A DNA stretch of 64,000 bases from Candidatus Eiseniibacteriota bacterium (GCA_963717505.1 OY970342.1:3104001-3168000); one strand, 5' to 3'; shown: positions 1-9,439, counted from the stretch's first letter. A program made the numbers and translations. Notes: generated by a model from the letters alone, not told the origin.

Positions 1-595
1 TCTGCCGGGGGTCATCGACGTCGCCGGCTGCATGATCGGCACAACCGAAGACGCGCGACTGCTCGACGGCCGCCGTGTTCGCGACGGCGACGTGCTGCTC
101 GGGATCGGCGCCGAGGGGTTGCACACCAACGGCTTCTCCTTGGCGCGGCGGGTGCTCGCGGAGTCGCGACTGGGACTCGAAGATCCTCTGCCCGGCGGCT
201 CCGGATCGATCGCCGCAGCCTTGCTCGCACGGCATCGTCCATACGGCCGCTCGGTCCTGCCGCTGATCGAGCGGGGTCGGATCCGAGCCCTGGCGCACGT
301 CACCGGGGGCGGCATCGCCGGAAACCTGGTGCGCGTGTTGCCCGAGGGACTCGGCGCCCGGATCGACGGCCGCGCCTGGCCGCGTCCGGCGCTCTTCCGA
401 TGGTTGATCGAAGCCGGCGCGATCCCCGAGGACGACGCGCGCGCGAGCTTGAACCTCGGCATCGGACTGATCGCGGTCGTCGACCCCGAGGTCGCGACCG
501 AGGTGAGTGAGGCGCTGGCCGCGGCCGGCGAGACCGTGCACGCGATCGGCGGCATCGCGGCCGGACCGCGACGGGTGGAGTGGATGGAGCCATGA
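1..595 (+). CDS. purM: Phosphoribosylformylglycinamidine cyclo-ligase (AIR synthetase), 5'-truncated by the window edge
   Basis: Motifs GLHTNGFSLAR, LAHVTGGGIAGNLVRVLP and LNLGIG; the frame is open from the window start (IDVAGCMIG). Confidence 0.95.
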   Translation, partial: LPGVIDVAGCMIGTTEDARLLDGRRVRDGDVLLGIGAEGLHTNGFSLARRVLAESRLGLEDPLPGGSGSIAAALLARHRPYGRSVLPLIERGRIRALAHVTGGGIAGNLVRVLPEGLGARIDGRAWPRPALFRWLIEAGAIPEDDARASLNLGIGLIAVVDPEVATEVSEALAAAGETVHAIGGIAAGPRRVEWMEP

Positions 596-625
596 TCCCG
601 CGGCGTTCCCGCGGAGGGAGGAGGG

Positions 626-1687
626 GTGGAGGTGACGATGGAGCGTGGAACGCAGTTCGAGACAGCCCCCGAAGTCCTCGATCGATTGCTGGGTGAGTCC
701 CCGGCGTGGCGCGACGTGCTGGCGGCGCTGCCGCGGGTCGCCACCAGTGATCTGCCGGTCCTGATTCTGGGAGAGACCGGCACCGGGAAGGAGTTGGTGG
801 CGCGAGCCCTACACGATCTGAGCGGACGCTCGGCCCGTGGGTTCGTCGCGCACAACTGCGGGGCGACGCCCGACAGTCTGATCGAGAGCGAGCTGTTCGG
901 GCATTCGCGCGGCGCGTTCACCGGGGCGGTGACCGATCGCGGGGGGCTGTTCGAGGCTGCCGACCACGGCACACTGTTCCTGGACGAAATCGGTGATGCC
1001 AGCGCGCTCCTGCAGATGAAACTGCTGCGCGTGCTGCAGGAGGGCGAGGCGCGGCGGGTCGGCGAGATCAAGGTGCGACGGGTCGACGTGCGCGTCGTGT
1101 CGGCGACCCACCGCCGGCTCGAAGAAGGCATCGGGGGCGGGTCGTTCCGCGCCGACCTCTACTATCGGCTGAGCTCGGTGCGCATCGAGTTGCCGCCGCT
1201 GCGCGCGCGAGGCCAGGATGTGCTGGTGCTGGCGCGCGCGTTCCTGGCGCGGGCCGCCGGTCGCGCCGGCCTGCCGCCGCCCCGGCTCGAATCCGAACTC
1301 GCCGAGCGTTTGCTCGCGCATCCGTGGCCGGGGAACGTCCGCGAGCTGGCGAACGGGTGCGCGTATGCGGTGCGCGTCGCCGGTGCGGTCGACCGCGTCG
1401 GCCCCGAGCATTGGCCGCCGGCGGCACCGCTCGGAGCGGCGCGATCGGCGTTTGGCCTCCACGCCGAGACTCGGGCCCTCGAGGAGCGGCGGCTGCGCGA
1501 AGCACTCGACCGTGCCCGGGGCAACAAGTCGCGCGCGGCCCGAACGCTGGGTCTGTCGCGCCAGGGTCTGCTCAAGAAACTCCGGCGCTACGGGCTCGAA
1601 ACGGTCGATCCGATCGACGAGCTGGCGGGCGTGGCCGAGGGTGCGCCGGGGACGCCGGCCCTTGACGGTGCGGGAGGCGGTCCGTAA
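626..1687 (+). CDS. Sigma54-dependent enhancer-binding protein (AAA+ plus Fis-type HTH) with no N-terminal sensory domain
   Basis: Walker A GETGTGKE, ESELFGHSRGAFTGA, Walker B LFLDEIG, WPGNVREL, C-terminal GNKSRAARTLGLSR. Alternative ATG at 638 after GGAGGT. Confidence 0.93.
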   Translation: MEVTMERGTQFETAPEVLDRLLGESPAWRDVLAALPRVATSDLPVLILGETGTGKELVARALHDLSGRSARGFVAHNCGATPDSLIESELFGHSRGAFTGAVTDRGGLFEAADHGTLFLDEIGDASALLQMKLLRVLQEGEARRVGEIKVRRVDVRVVSATHRRLEEGIGGGSFRADLYYRLSSVRIELPPLRARGQDVLVLARAFLARAAGRAGLPPPRLESELAERLLAHPWPGNVRELANGCAYAVRVAGAVDRVGPEHWPPAAPLGAARSAFGLHAETRALEERRLREALDRARGNKSRAARTLGLSRQGLLKKLRRYGLETVDPIDELAGVAEGAPGTPALDGAGGGP

Positions 1688-1690
1688 TGT
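1662..1690 (+). promoter_or_regulatory. Putative sigma70 promoter TTGACG-N17-TAATGT
   Basis: Read directly. The -10 overlaps the TAA stop of the bEBP gene and is followed by SD AGGAGGA and ATG 1713. Confidence 0.7.
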
Positions 1691-1712
1691 GCGGCGCCTC
1701 TCAAGGAGGAGC

Positions 1713-2732
1713 ATGAGCGTGGCGCGCAAGAACCTTCGCGTCGGACTGGTCGGAGTCGGTGGCGCCGCCCAGGTGAATCACATCCCCGCCCTCAAGAAGG
1801 TAGAGGGCGTGGACCTCGTCGCCCTGGTCGATCGCGATCCCGAGAAGGCGCAGCGGGTCGCGCAGAAGTTCCAGATCGAGCGGGCCACCGATCGACTCGA
1901 CGATCTGCTCGAAGCCGACGACATCGACGCGATCGACATCTGCACCCCGAATTACCTGCACGCGCCGATGGCGATCGCGGCACTCGAGGCCGGCAAGCAC
2001 GTGCTGTGCGAGCGTCCCCTGGCACGCCGGGCCGACGAGGCCGAGGCGATGGTCAAGGCCGCGAAGAAGGCCGAACGCGTGCTGATGTGCGCGGTCCAGC
2101 ACCGATTCCGCCCCGATGCCCAATTGCTCAAGCGCTTCGTCGACAAAGGCGACCTGGGCGAGATCTTCTTCGCCAAGGCCGGTTGGCTGCGGCAGAAAAC
2201 CGATTGGGATTCGGATGCCTGGCGCAGCCAGAAACGCGAGTCGGGCGGCGGAGTCGTGCTCGACCTCGGCTTCCAGATGCTCGACCTCGCGCTGTGGACG
2301 CTCGGGCAGCCGGAAGTCGAAACGGTCAGCGCCAGCGTCCATCGCATGCGCAAGGACGAGGTCGAGGACAGCGCCACCACGCTGCTGCGGCTCGCCGGCG
2401 GCGCGACGCTGACGCTCGAGCTGACCTGGGGCCTGCTGATGGAGAAGGACTTCGCGTACCTGAACCTGTTCGGATCGGGGGGTGCGGCTCTGCTGAACCC
2501 GTTCCGGGTCCACAAGGCCATGCACGGGTCACTGGTCAACGTGACGCCGACCCTGGATCCCTCGCGCCACCAGTACAAGCTGTCGATCGAAGCGCAGATG
2601 TCCCACTTCGCCGACGTGCTGCGCAAAGGGGCCAAACCGATGGGCGCGGGCGACGAGATCGTGCCGGTGATGGCGCTGCTCGACGCGATCTATCGTTCGG
2701 CCGAGCAGGGAAAGGAAGTGCGGCTCGGCTGA
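1713..2732 (+). CDS. Gfo/Idh/MocA family NAD(P)-dependent oxidoreductase
   Basis: VGLVGVGG, ICTPNYLH, GKHVLCERP, SGGGVVLDLG; strong SD before ATG 1713. Confidence 0.92.
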   Translation: MSVARKNLRVGLVGVGGAAQVNHIPALKKVEGVDLVALVDRDPEKAQRVAQKFQIERATDRLDDLLEADDIDAIDICTPNYLHAPMAIAALEAGKHVLCERPLARRADEAEAMVKAAKKAERVLMCAVQHRFRPDAQLLKRFVDKGDLGEIFFAKAGWLRQKTDWDSDAWRSQKRESGGGVVLDLGFQMLDLALWTLGQPEVETVSASVHRMRKDEVEDSATTLLRLAGGATLTLELTWGLLMEKDFAYLNLFGSGGAALLNPFRVHKAMHGSLVNVTPTLDPSRHQYKLSIEAQMSHFADVLRKGAKPMGAGDEIVPVMALLDAIYRSAEQGKEVRLG

Positions 2733-2766
2733 ACGCAGTGCGACCTTTGCGGCGCTCGCCGCCGGG

Positions 2767-4239
2767 TTGCTCCTGGGGATCGCGTTCCTGCCCGGGCCCT
2801 GGGCGGGCTTGGCGTGGATCGCCTTCGTGCCTTTGCTCGCCGCCCTCGAGCGGCGTGTGCGCTCGGGCGGGCGCGCCTTCGGGCTCGGCTACCTGTTCGG
2901 CCTGGCGTTCTATCTGGTCGGCATCCACTGGATCGCGCTCCTGTCCGACGTCGCGATCACGGTGCCGTGGCTCAAGTACCCGGCGTGGCTGGCCGCGGCC
3001 GCGTACCTCGCGGTGTTCCCGGGTCTCGCGGCTGCGATCTCGGTGGCGCTGGCGCGCCGAACGCGCGTCTCGCTCGCGATCGTGTTCCCGTGCGTCTACC
3101 TCGCGGTCGAAGAGCTGCGCGCATCGGGCGAGTTGGGCTTTCCGTGGTTCCAGCCCGGCTACAGCCAGCACGCGTTCGTTGCGGTGCTGCAGCTCGCGAG
3201 TCTGGGCAGCGTGACGTTGGTGACCTTCTGGCTGCTGGCGGTGAACGCGCTGCTGTGGACCGCCTGGCGCGGGCCGGCTCGAGCGCGCGCCGCACTCGGC
3301 GCGGCATTGGTCTTTCTGTTGCCGTGGCTCTGGGGCTGGCGCGTGCTGGCGGCCGCTCTACCCGCCCAAGGACCGGCGGTCGCCCTGGTCCAGGGCAACA
3401 TCCCGGGTGCGATGAAGTGGTCGGGCCGGCACCAGGCGGAGATCTTCGAGGCCTACGCGACTCTGACGGCGCGCGCGGCGGCGGACTCGCTCCGGCCGGT
3501 GATCGCGATCTGGCCCGAGACGGCGACCGGCACCTATCTGCGGATGGACCCGATGTGGCATCGGGCCATGGATCGGCTGGCGGAGGTGACCGGCATTCCC
3601 GTGTTCGCCGGCTACCCCGACTACGAGTACCTGCCGCATGACGCGGTGCGCTACTACAACTCCGCCGGAACCTTCGGCGCCGGGGCGGCCGACACGCTGC
3701 GCTACGCCAAACGACACCTGGTGCCGTTCGGCGAACGCATGCCGTTTCAGGATTGGCTCCCGGCGATGGGCAAGGTCCGCCTGGGGCAGGCCGAGTGGAC
3801 CCCCGGTCGCGACGCGGTGCTGATCCCATCGGCCGCGGGACCGTTCGCGCCGCTCATCTGCTTCGAGTCCATCTTCCCCGACCTGGCGCGGCACGACGTG
3901 CGCGCCGGCGCCCGCTGGCTGGTGAACGTGACCAACGACGAGTGGTTCGGCAACAGTGCCGCGCTCTATCAGCACGCGGCGATGGCGGTGTTCCGCGCGG
4001 TCGAGAACCGCGTGCCCTTGGCGCGGTGCGCCAACACCGGGCTCACGCTCCTGGTCGACGCGCACGGCCGGATCCAGGGTTCGCTGCCGGTGTTCGCGCC
4101 CGGAGTTCGCGTCGGCCGACTGTCGGCGGCGGGTGCGCCGACGCCGTACTCGCGATTCGGGGATTGGCCGGGAGCCTTCGCCGGGCTCGCGGTCGCCGCC
4201 CTCGGTGTCGTTGCGCTGCGTCGCGTGCGCGCGCGTTGA
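2767..4239 (+). CDS. lnt: Apolipoprotein N-acyltransferase
   Basis: Multiple TM helices, GFPW, VQGNI, WPETA, KRHLVPFGE, ICFES, VNVTNDEWFG, RAVENR, RCANTG. Start codon uncertain. Confidence 0.95.
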   Translation: MLLGIAFLPGPWAGLAWIAFVPLLAALERRVRSGGRAFGLGYLFGLAFYLVGIHWIALLSDVAITVPWLKYPAWLAAAAYLAVFPGLAAAISVALARRTRVSLAIVFPCVYLAVEELRASGELGFPWFQPGYSQHAFVAVLQLASLGSVTLVTFWLLAVNALLWTAWRGPARARAALGAALVFLLPWLWGWRVLAAALPAQGPAVALVQGNIPGAMKWSGRHQAEIFEAYATLTARAAADSLRPVIAIWPETATGTYLRMDPMWHRAMDRLAEVTGIPVFAGYPDYEYLPHDAVRYYNSAGTFGAGAADTLRYAKRHLVPFGERMPFQDWLPAMGKVRLGQAEWTPGRDAVLIPSAAGPFAPLICFESIFPDLARHDVRAGARWLVNVTNDEWFGNSAALYQHAAMAVFRAVENRVPLARCANTGLTLLVDAHGRIQGSLPVFAPGVRVGRLSAAGAPTPYSRFGDWPGAFAGLAVAALGVVALRRVRAR

Positions 4240-4264
4240 CGGAACGTGGAACGCTGACTAACAT
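4236..4264 (+). promoter_or_regulatory. Putative sigma70 promoter TTGACG-N17-TAACAT for asd
   Basis: Read directly upstream of asd ATG 4333. Confidence 0.7.
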
Positions 4265-4332
4265 GCGGGCTTGACGCCCTTGACCTCCTCGTGCGGAGCC
4301 CATCGCGCGTGACTTCATCACCGGGTGAGCCC

Positions 4333-5346
4333 ATGACCTGTCGGGTCGCGATTCTGGGCGCGACCGGCCTGGTCGGGCGTACCCTGCTCGAGGTGCTCGA
4401 ACGCCGCGGCTTTCCCACCGCCGCCCCGCGCCTGCTCGCGAGCGAGCGCTCGGAGGGCCGGACGCTGAGATTTCGCGGCCGCGACCTGGCGGTCGAGCCG
4501 GTGGCCGAGGCCGCGTTCGATGGCATCGATCTGGCCTTGTTCGCCTCGGCCAACGAGATCAGCCGGACCTGGGCCGACCCGGCCCGCGCCGCCGGGGCTC
4601 GAGTCGTCGACAACAGCAGCGCGTTCCGCTACGACGATGGCGTCCCGCTGGTGGTGCCCGAGGTCAACGGATCGCTGCTGGAATCGCGACCGAACCTGGT
4701 CGCCAATCCCAACTGCTCGACGATCGCGATCGTCCTGCCGCTCGCGGCCCTGATGCCGATCGCTCGGCTCGAACGTCTGGTGATCGCCACCTACCAGTCG
4801 GTGTCGGGAGCCGGGGCGGAGTCGCTCGCCGAGCTGGAGCGTGGCGTGCGCGACGGTCTCGAGGGGCCGCCGCCGCCTCGCGCCGGAGGGTTGGCCCCGT
4901 TCGCGTTCAACGTGGTGCCGCAGATCGACCGGTTCGAAGACAACGGCTACAGCCGCGAGGAAATGAAGATCGTCTGGGAGTCGCGCAAGATTCTCGGCCT
5001 GCCCGAGTTGCCGGTGACCGCAACCGCGGTGCGGGTGCCGGTCCGGGTGGGACATGCCGCCGCGGTGTGGTCGTCGTGGAGTCGCGCGATCGACCCGGAC
5101 GAGGCGCGCGAACGCTGGAGCCGATTCCCGGGTCTCGAGGTGGTCGACGATCCGAAACAGCTTCGCTACCCGACGCCGCTCGGCGTGGCCGGACGCGATC
5201 CGGTCCAGGTCGGGCGCGCGCGCCGCGATCTCGCGGACCCGAGGGGACTCGTGTTCTTCGTGGCCTCGGACAATCTCCTGAAGGGCGCGGCTTTGAACGC
5301 GGTGCAAATCGCGGAGCGTTTGTGCCGGCAGGGAGTGGCGGCGTGA
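4333..5346 (+). CDS. asd: Aspartate-semialdehyde dehydrogenase
   Basis: GATGLVG, DNSSAFR, ANPNCST, YQSVSGAG, RVPVRVGH, DNLLKGAALNAVQIAE. Confidence 0.97.
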   Translation: MTCRVAILGATGLVGRTLLEVLERRGFPTAAPRLLASERSEGRTLRFRGRDLAVEPVAEAAFDGIDLALFASANEISRTWADPARAAGARVVDNSSAFRYDDGVPLVVPEVNGSLLESRPNLVANPNCSTIAIVLPLAALMPIARLERLVIATYQSVSGAGAESLAELERGVRDGLEGPPPPRAGGLAPFAFNVVPQIDRFEDNGYSREEMKIVWESRKILGLPELPVTATAVRVPVRVGHAAAVWSSWSRAIDPDEARERWSRFPGLEVVDDPKQLRYPTPLGVAGRDPVQVGRARRDLADPRGLVFFVASDNLLKGAALNAVQIAERLCRQGVAA

Positions 5347-6089
5347 CCTCGCAGACGCTCGCGGTTCCCGCACGTGGCGACGCGCTCGGAGCGTTGCTCC
5401 TCGGGACCCTGGCCGCGGCCATGGTCGCGAGCCGTCTCGAGGTGGCGCTCGGGTGTGTCCTGCTTGCGGTCGGACTGGCGTGGACCGCGGGCGCTCGGCG
5501 GCCCTCGGCGGCATGGTGGCAGGCGATGGGGTGGGGCATGGGGCTCGGGCTCGCGCTCAACCTCTATCTGGTCCCCGGTCGACCGCTGCCGCTGCCGGCC
5601 CTGTTCGGGCGCTCCGCGACCGCCGAGGGTCTGACCGCCGGAATCCTGGTCGGCCTGCGCGTGGCCGGCGCGTTGGTCGCGATGCAGGGTCTCAGGGCGG
5701 CGTGGCCGGGAGACCGGGCCGCCGATCATTTCGCGACGTGGCTCCGGCCGCTCGAACGCCTCCGGGTTCCGGTGCGCAGCCTGCGCGAGACGATGCGGCT
5801 GGCGTTGCGCATGATGCCGGCAGTCGCCGCCGAACACCGCCGAATCCGGCGACTGCAGGCCCAACGCGCCGGCGCTCCGCCGCGCGGACTCGCCGAACGC
5901 CTGGCGCGCGAACGCGCGGCGTGGATTCCGACTTTGATCGCGGCGATCGAGTCCGCCGACCGCCTGGCGCTCGCCCTGGAGGCGCGTCACTACCGCCTGC
6001 GACCGACGCCCGACGAGTTGCGGATCCCTGGCTGGGCGGCCGGTGTTTCGATCGCGATCGTGCTGGTTTCGCTGCTCACGCGGGGCTGA
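5343..6089 (+). CDS. Energy-coupling factor transmembrane component (EcfT/CbiQ-like), divergent
   Basis: TM helices, LRPLERLRVPV, LALRMMP, two XRX coupling motifs (QAQRAG, ALEARHY). GTG start overlaps the asd stop. Confidence 0.8.
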   Translation: MTSQTLAVPARGDALGALLLGTLAAAMVASRLEVALGCVLLAVGLAWTAGARRPSAAWWQAMGWGMGLGLALNLYLVPGRPLPLPALFGRSATAEGLTAGILVGLRVAGALVAMQGLRAAWPGDRAADHFATWLRPLERLRVPVRSLRETMRLALRMMPAVAAEHRRIRRLQAQRAGAPPRGLAERLARERAAWIPTLIAAIESADRLALALEARHYRLRPTPDELRIPGWAAGVSIAIVLVSLLTRG

Positions 6090-6974
6090 ATGAGGGTGAT
6101 TCGATTGCTCGTGGCCTACGACGGCACCGACTTCCATGGATGGCAGGCGCAACCCGGGCAGCGCACGGTTCAGGGCACGCTGGCCGAAGCGTTGGCGGGC
6201 GCTCTGGGCGAGACTCCGGGGCTTCACGCCGCCGGGCGGACCGATGCCGGAGTGCATGCGCGTGGCCAGGTGGTGTCGTTCGCGACCGGAAGCCGACTGC
6301 CGATTCGCGCCGTGGTCCCGCGCACCAATCGCGCCCTGCCGCGCGACGTCCGGGTGCGCGCGGCGTCCGAGGTTCCGGAAGACTTCCACGCTCGCTTCTC
6401 GGCGCGGGCGCGCCGCTATGCCTATCGATTGCTCGACGATGACGACGTCCTGCTCGGTCGCTTCGCCTGGCGTCCGCAGTACCGCGTCGAGCCCGATCGA
6501 CTGGAAGCCGCCGCACGGGCGCTCGAGGGCGAACACGACTTCTCGAGCTTCCGCGCTTCGGGGGGCTCGACGAGCTCGCCCCACTGTCGCGTGTATCGCG
6601 CGTCGTGGTCGCGGTGGGAGGGTGGCGTGCGATTCGACGTCGTGGCCGACCACTTCCTGTATCACATGGTGCGCACCGTGGTCGGAACTGCGCTCGCTGC
6701 GGCGCGAACCGCGGACCCAGGGACGGCCATGCGACGGGTGATCGAAGCGCGCGATCGGTCGGCCGCCGGCCCGACCGCGCCGGCCCAGGGCCTGACGCTC
6801 GAGGAAGTGTATTTTGGAGAACGCTCGGCAGGCTCGCTTGAACAACGCTCGACAGGCTCGCTTGGAGAACGCTCGGCAGGCTCGCTTGGAGAACGCTCGA
6901 CAGGCTCGCTTGGAGAACGCTCGACAGGCTCGCTTGGAGAACGCTCGACAGGCTCGCTCGGAGAACGCTCATGA
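6090..6974 (+). CDS. truA: tRNA pseudouridine(38-40) synthase with a repetitive C-terminal tail
   Basis: AYDGTDFHGWQ, AGRTDAGVHARGQV, FHARFSA, FLYHMVR, TAPAQGLTL. Confidence 0.97.
   Translation: MRVIRLLVAYDGTDFHGWQAQPGQRTVQGTLAEALAGALGETPGLHAAGRTDAGVHARGQVVSFATGSRLPIRAVVPRTNRALPRDVRVRAASEVPEDFHARFSARARRYAYRLLDDDDVLLGRFAWRPQYRVEPDRLEAAARALEGEHDFSSFRASGGSTSSPHCRVYRASWSRWEGGVRFDVVADHFLYHMVRTVVGTALAAARTADPGTAMRRVIEARDRSAAGPTAPAQGLTLEEVYFGERSAGSLEQRSTGSLGERSAGSLGERSTGSLGERSTGSLGERSTGSLGERS
6814..6970 (+). repeat. Tandem repeat of a 24-bp unit, 6 full copies plus a 13-bp partial copy (TTGGAGAACGCTCGACAGGCTCGC)
   Basis: Units start at 6814, 6838, 6862, 6886, 6910, 6934 and 6958 (partial). Encodes GERS[A/T]GSL repeats in truA. 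Confidence 0.97.
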
Positions 6975-8128
6975 ACTCGCCGTCGCTGCGCGCTACCATT
7001 GCCGGGGCGGCGTTCGGCGTGCTCGCCACGCTGGCCGCGATCGGCTGGCTGTCGCCCGGTGAGCGCAGCGGAACCGCGGACGCCGCGTCGTCCTCGATCG
7101 CCGGGAGTCGGCGGAGTGCAATCGTCACCGCGGCCGAGCGGGTCAGCCCGGCGGTGGTTTCGGTCAGCGTGGTCGCGACCCGAGTCGTTCGCACCGATCC
7201 CTTCGGCGGCGCCCTGCGCGACGAGTTCTGGGAGCACTTCTATCCGCCGATGGAGTACCGGGAGCGCTTTCCCGGACTCGGTTCCGGCGTGATCGTCGAC
7301 GCCGAAGGCACGATCCTGACCAACGAGCACGTGGTGCGCAACGCCGAGGAGATCACGGTGACTCTGTCGGACGGCCGGCAGCTGCCGGCGCGCCGGCTCG
7401 GATCGACGGCGACCTACGACCTGGCGGTGCTCAAGGTCGAGGGCAAGAAGCTCGCGGTGGCTCCACTCGGGGACAGCGACAAGCTGTACGTCGGCGAGTG
7501 GGCGATCGCGATCGGCAATCCGTTCGGCTACCTGCTCAACGACACGCAGCCGACGGTCACCGCCGGCGTGGTCAGCGCCACCCACCGGGACGTGAAGAGC
7601 GACGCGACCGAGAGCGGCGTGTACAAGGACATGATCCAGACCGACGCCGCCATCAATCCCGGGAACAGCGGCGGCCCGCTGGTCAACGGCGACGGCGAGG
7701 TGATCGGCATCAACACGTTCATCTTCACGCGCGGCGGCGGCTCGCTCGGCATCGGGTTCGCGATTCCCATCAACTTGGCGCGACGGATCCTCGACGAGAT
7801 CCGGACGTACGGCCGCGTGCGCGCCGCATGGCCCGGGTTCCAGGTGCAGCCGATCACTCCGTACCTGGCGCGCCGCCTGGGTTTCACCGACACCGAGGGC
7901 CTGGTGGTCACGCGCGTCGATCCCAACGGACCGGCGGCCGTGGCCGGAGTCAAGGCCGCCGACCGGCTGCGCAAGGTCAACGGCATCGTCATCCGTACGG
8001 TCGACGACGCGCAGAAGAGCATCTACGGCGCCAAGGTCGGCGATCGGTTGCGACTGCTGCTCGAGCGCGCGGGCAAGACGATCGAGGCCACGGTGATCCT
8101 GACCGAAGCCCCGGCGGACGACGCGTGA
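6971..8128 (+). CDS. htrA: HtrA/DegP-family serine protease with one PDZ domain
   Basis: N-terminal TM, GSGVIV, TNEHVV, DLAVLKV, IQTDAAINPGNSGGPL, C-terminal PDZ. Confidence 0.95.
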   Translation: MNSPSLRATIAGAAFGVLATLAAIGWLSPGERSGTADAASSSIAGSRRSAIVTAAERVSPAVVSVSVVATRVVRTDPFGGALRDEFWEHFYPPMEYRERFPGLGSGVIVDAEGTILTNEHVVRNAEEITVTLSDGRQLPARRLGSTATYDLAVLKVEGKKLAVAPLGDSDKLYVGEWAIAIGNPFGYLLNDTQPTVTAGVVSATHRDVKSDATESGVYKDMIQTDAAINPGNSGGPLVNGDGEVIGINTFIFTRGGGSLGIGFAIPINLARRILDEIRTYGRVRAAWPGFQVQPITPYLARRLGFTDTEGLVVTRVDPNGPAAVAGVKAADRLRKVNGIVIRTVDDAQKSIYGAKVGDRLRLLLERAGKTIEATVILTEAPADDA

Positions 8129-9420
8129 TCGCTCGCTACGTGCGCCCGCGGATGGGCGAAGTGTGGAGCGATGCCCGTCGACTCTCGCTCTGGCTCGAGG
8201 TCGAGCTGGCGGTGACCGCGGCGCGCGAGGCGCGCGGCGCGGTGCCGGTGGGGACGGTCGAGCAGGTGCGCGCCACGGCGATCATCGACGAAGCCCGCAT
8301 GCTCGAGATCGAAGGACGCGTGCACCACGACGTGATCGCGTTCTTGTCGATGATCGCCGAATCCGCCGGAGATCCGGCCCGTCACCTGCACGTGGGAATG
8401 ACGTCGAGCGACCTGGTCGACTCCGCACTCGCGTGCCAGATCGTGGCCGCAGGGGCGGTGCTGCGCGAAGAGCTGGTTCGGACGCGTCGCGCGGCCTGGT
8501 CGCTGGCGCAGGCGCATCGCCATACGCCGCGAGTCGGCCGTACGCACGGCGTGCACGCGGAGCCGACCACCTTCGGCCACACCTGCCTGGTGTGGAGCGA
8601 GGAGCTGGGACGCCAGCTTGAGCGCCTCGACGCGGCACTCGCCGGGTGCGCGGTCGGCAAGGTCTCGGGTGCGGTCGGCACGCTCGCCCATCTCGACGCG
8701 GGAATCGAGCGGGACGCTCTGGCGCGACTCGGCCTGGTTCCCGAGCCGGTGGCGAACCAGGTCGTCCAGCGCGACCGGCACGCCGCGCTGATGTGCACGC
8801 TGGCCGGTATCGCCGGCACGCTGGAGAAGATCGCGCTCGAAGTCCGGCATCTGCAGCGCACCGAGGTCCGGGAGGCCGAGGAGCCGTTCGTCGAGGGGCA
8901 GAAAGGCAGCTCGGCGATGCCGCACAAGCGGAATCCAGTGCGCAGCGAGCGAGTCTGCGGCCTGGCCCGACTGGTGCGCGGCCATGCGCACGCCGCCCTC
9001 GAGAACCAGGCGCTGTGGCACGAGCGCGACATCAGCCACTCGTCAGTCGAACGGGTGATCCTGCCCGATGCGTTTCAGGTGCTCGACTTCATGGCCGCGG
9101 AGACCGCCCAGATCCTCGAAGGCCTGCGGGTGCTGCCGGCGAACATGCGCCGCAATCTCGAAGCCGGCGGCGGCCTGGTGTTCTCACAGCGCGTCCTGCT
9201 CGCGTTGGTCGAGGCCGGACTCGCTCGCGACGAGGCCTATGCGATCGTCCAGCAGCACGCGCTGGCGGCGCTCGACGGCGGAACCAGTTTTCGCGAGGCG
9301 CTGGCGAGCGATCCGCGAGTGCGGAAGCTCGACGCCCGGCGATTGGAATCGTGCTTCGATCTCGCGCCCTACCTGAGCGGCATCGACCAGGTGTTCGCCC
9401 GGGCCGAGGCGCCCCAGTGA
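8125..9420 (+). CDS. purB: Adenylosuccinate lyase
   Basis: HHDVIAF, HVGMTSSD, GRTHGVHAEPTTFG, GSSAMPHKRNP, ERDISHSSVER. Confidence 0.97.
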   Translation: MIARYVRPRMGEVWSDARRLSLWLEVELAVTAAREARGAVPVGTVEQVRATAIIDEARMLEIEGRVHHDVIAFLSMIAESAGDPARHLHVGMTSSDLVDSALACQIVAAGAVLREELVRTRRAAWSLAQAHRHTPRVGRTHGVHAEPTTFGHTCLVWSEELGRQLERLDAALAGCAVGKVSGAVGTLAHLDAGIERDALARLGLVPEPVANQVVQRDRHAALMCTLAGIAGTLEKIALEVRHLQRTEVREAEEPFVEGQKGSSAMPHKRNPVRSERVCGLARLVRGHAHAALENQALWHERDISHSSVERVILPDAFQVLDFMAAETAQILEGLRVLPANMRRNLEAGGGLVFSQRVLLALVEAGLARDEAYAIVQQHALAALDGGTSFREALASDPRVRKLDARRLESCFDLAPYLSGIDQVFARAEAPQ

Positions 9421-9439
9421 TCGCGCCGGGGATTCCCTC

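Noticed and set aside
4271-4285. TTGAC direct repeat upstream of asd as a CtsR operator
   Set aside because: The period is 9 rather than 10, the match to the heptad is poor, it is not near clpC, and no ctsR is present.
6814-6970. CRISPR array, or the separate ORF 6814-7062 (MENARQARL repeats)
   Set aside because: The repeats are contiguous with no spacers and no cas genes are present; the ORF is another reading frame of the same repeat.
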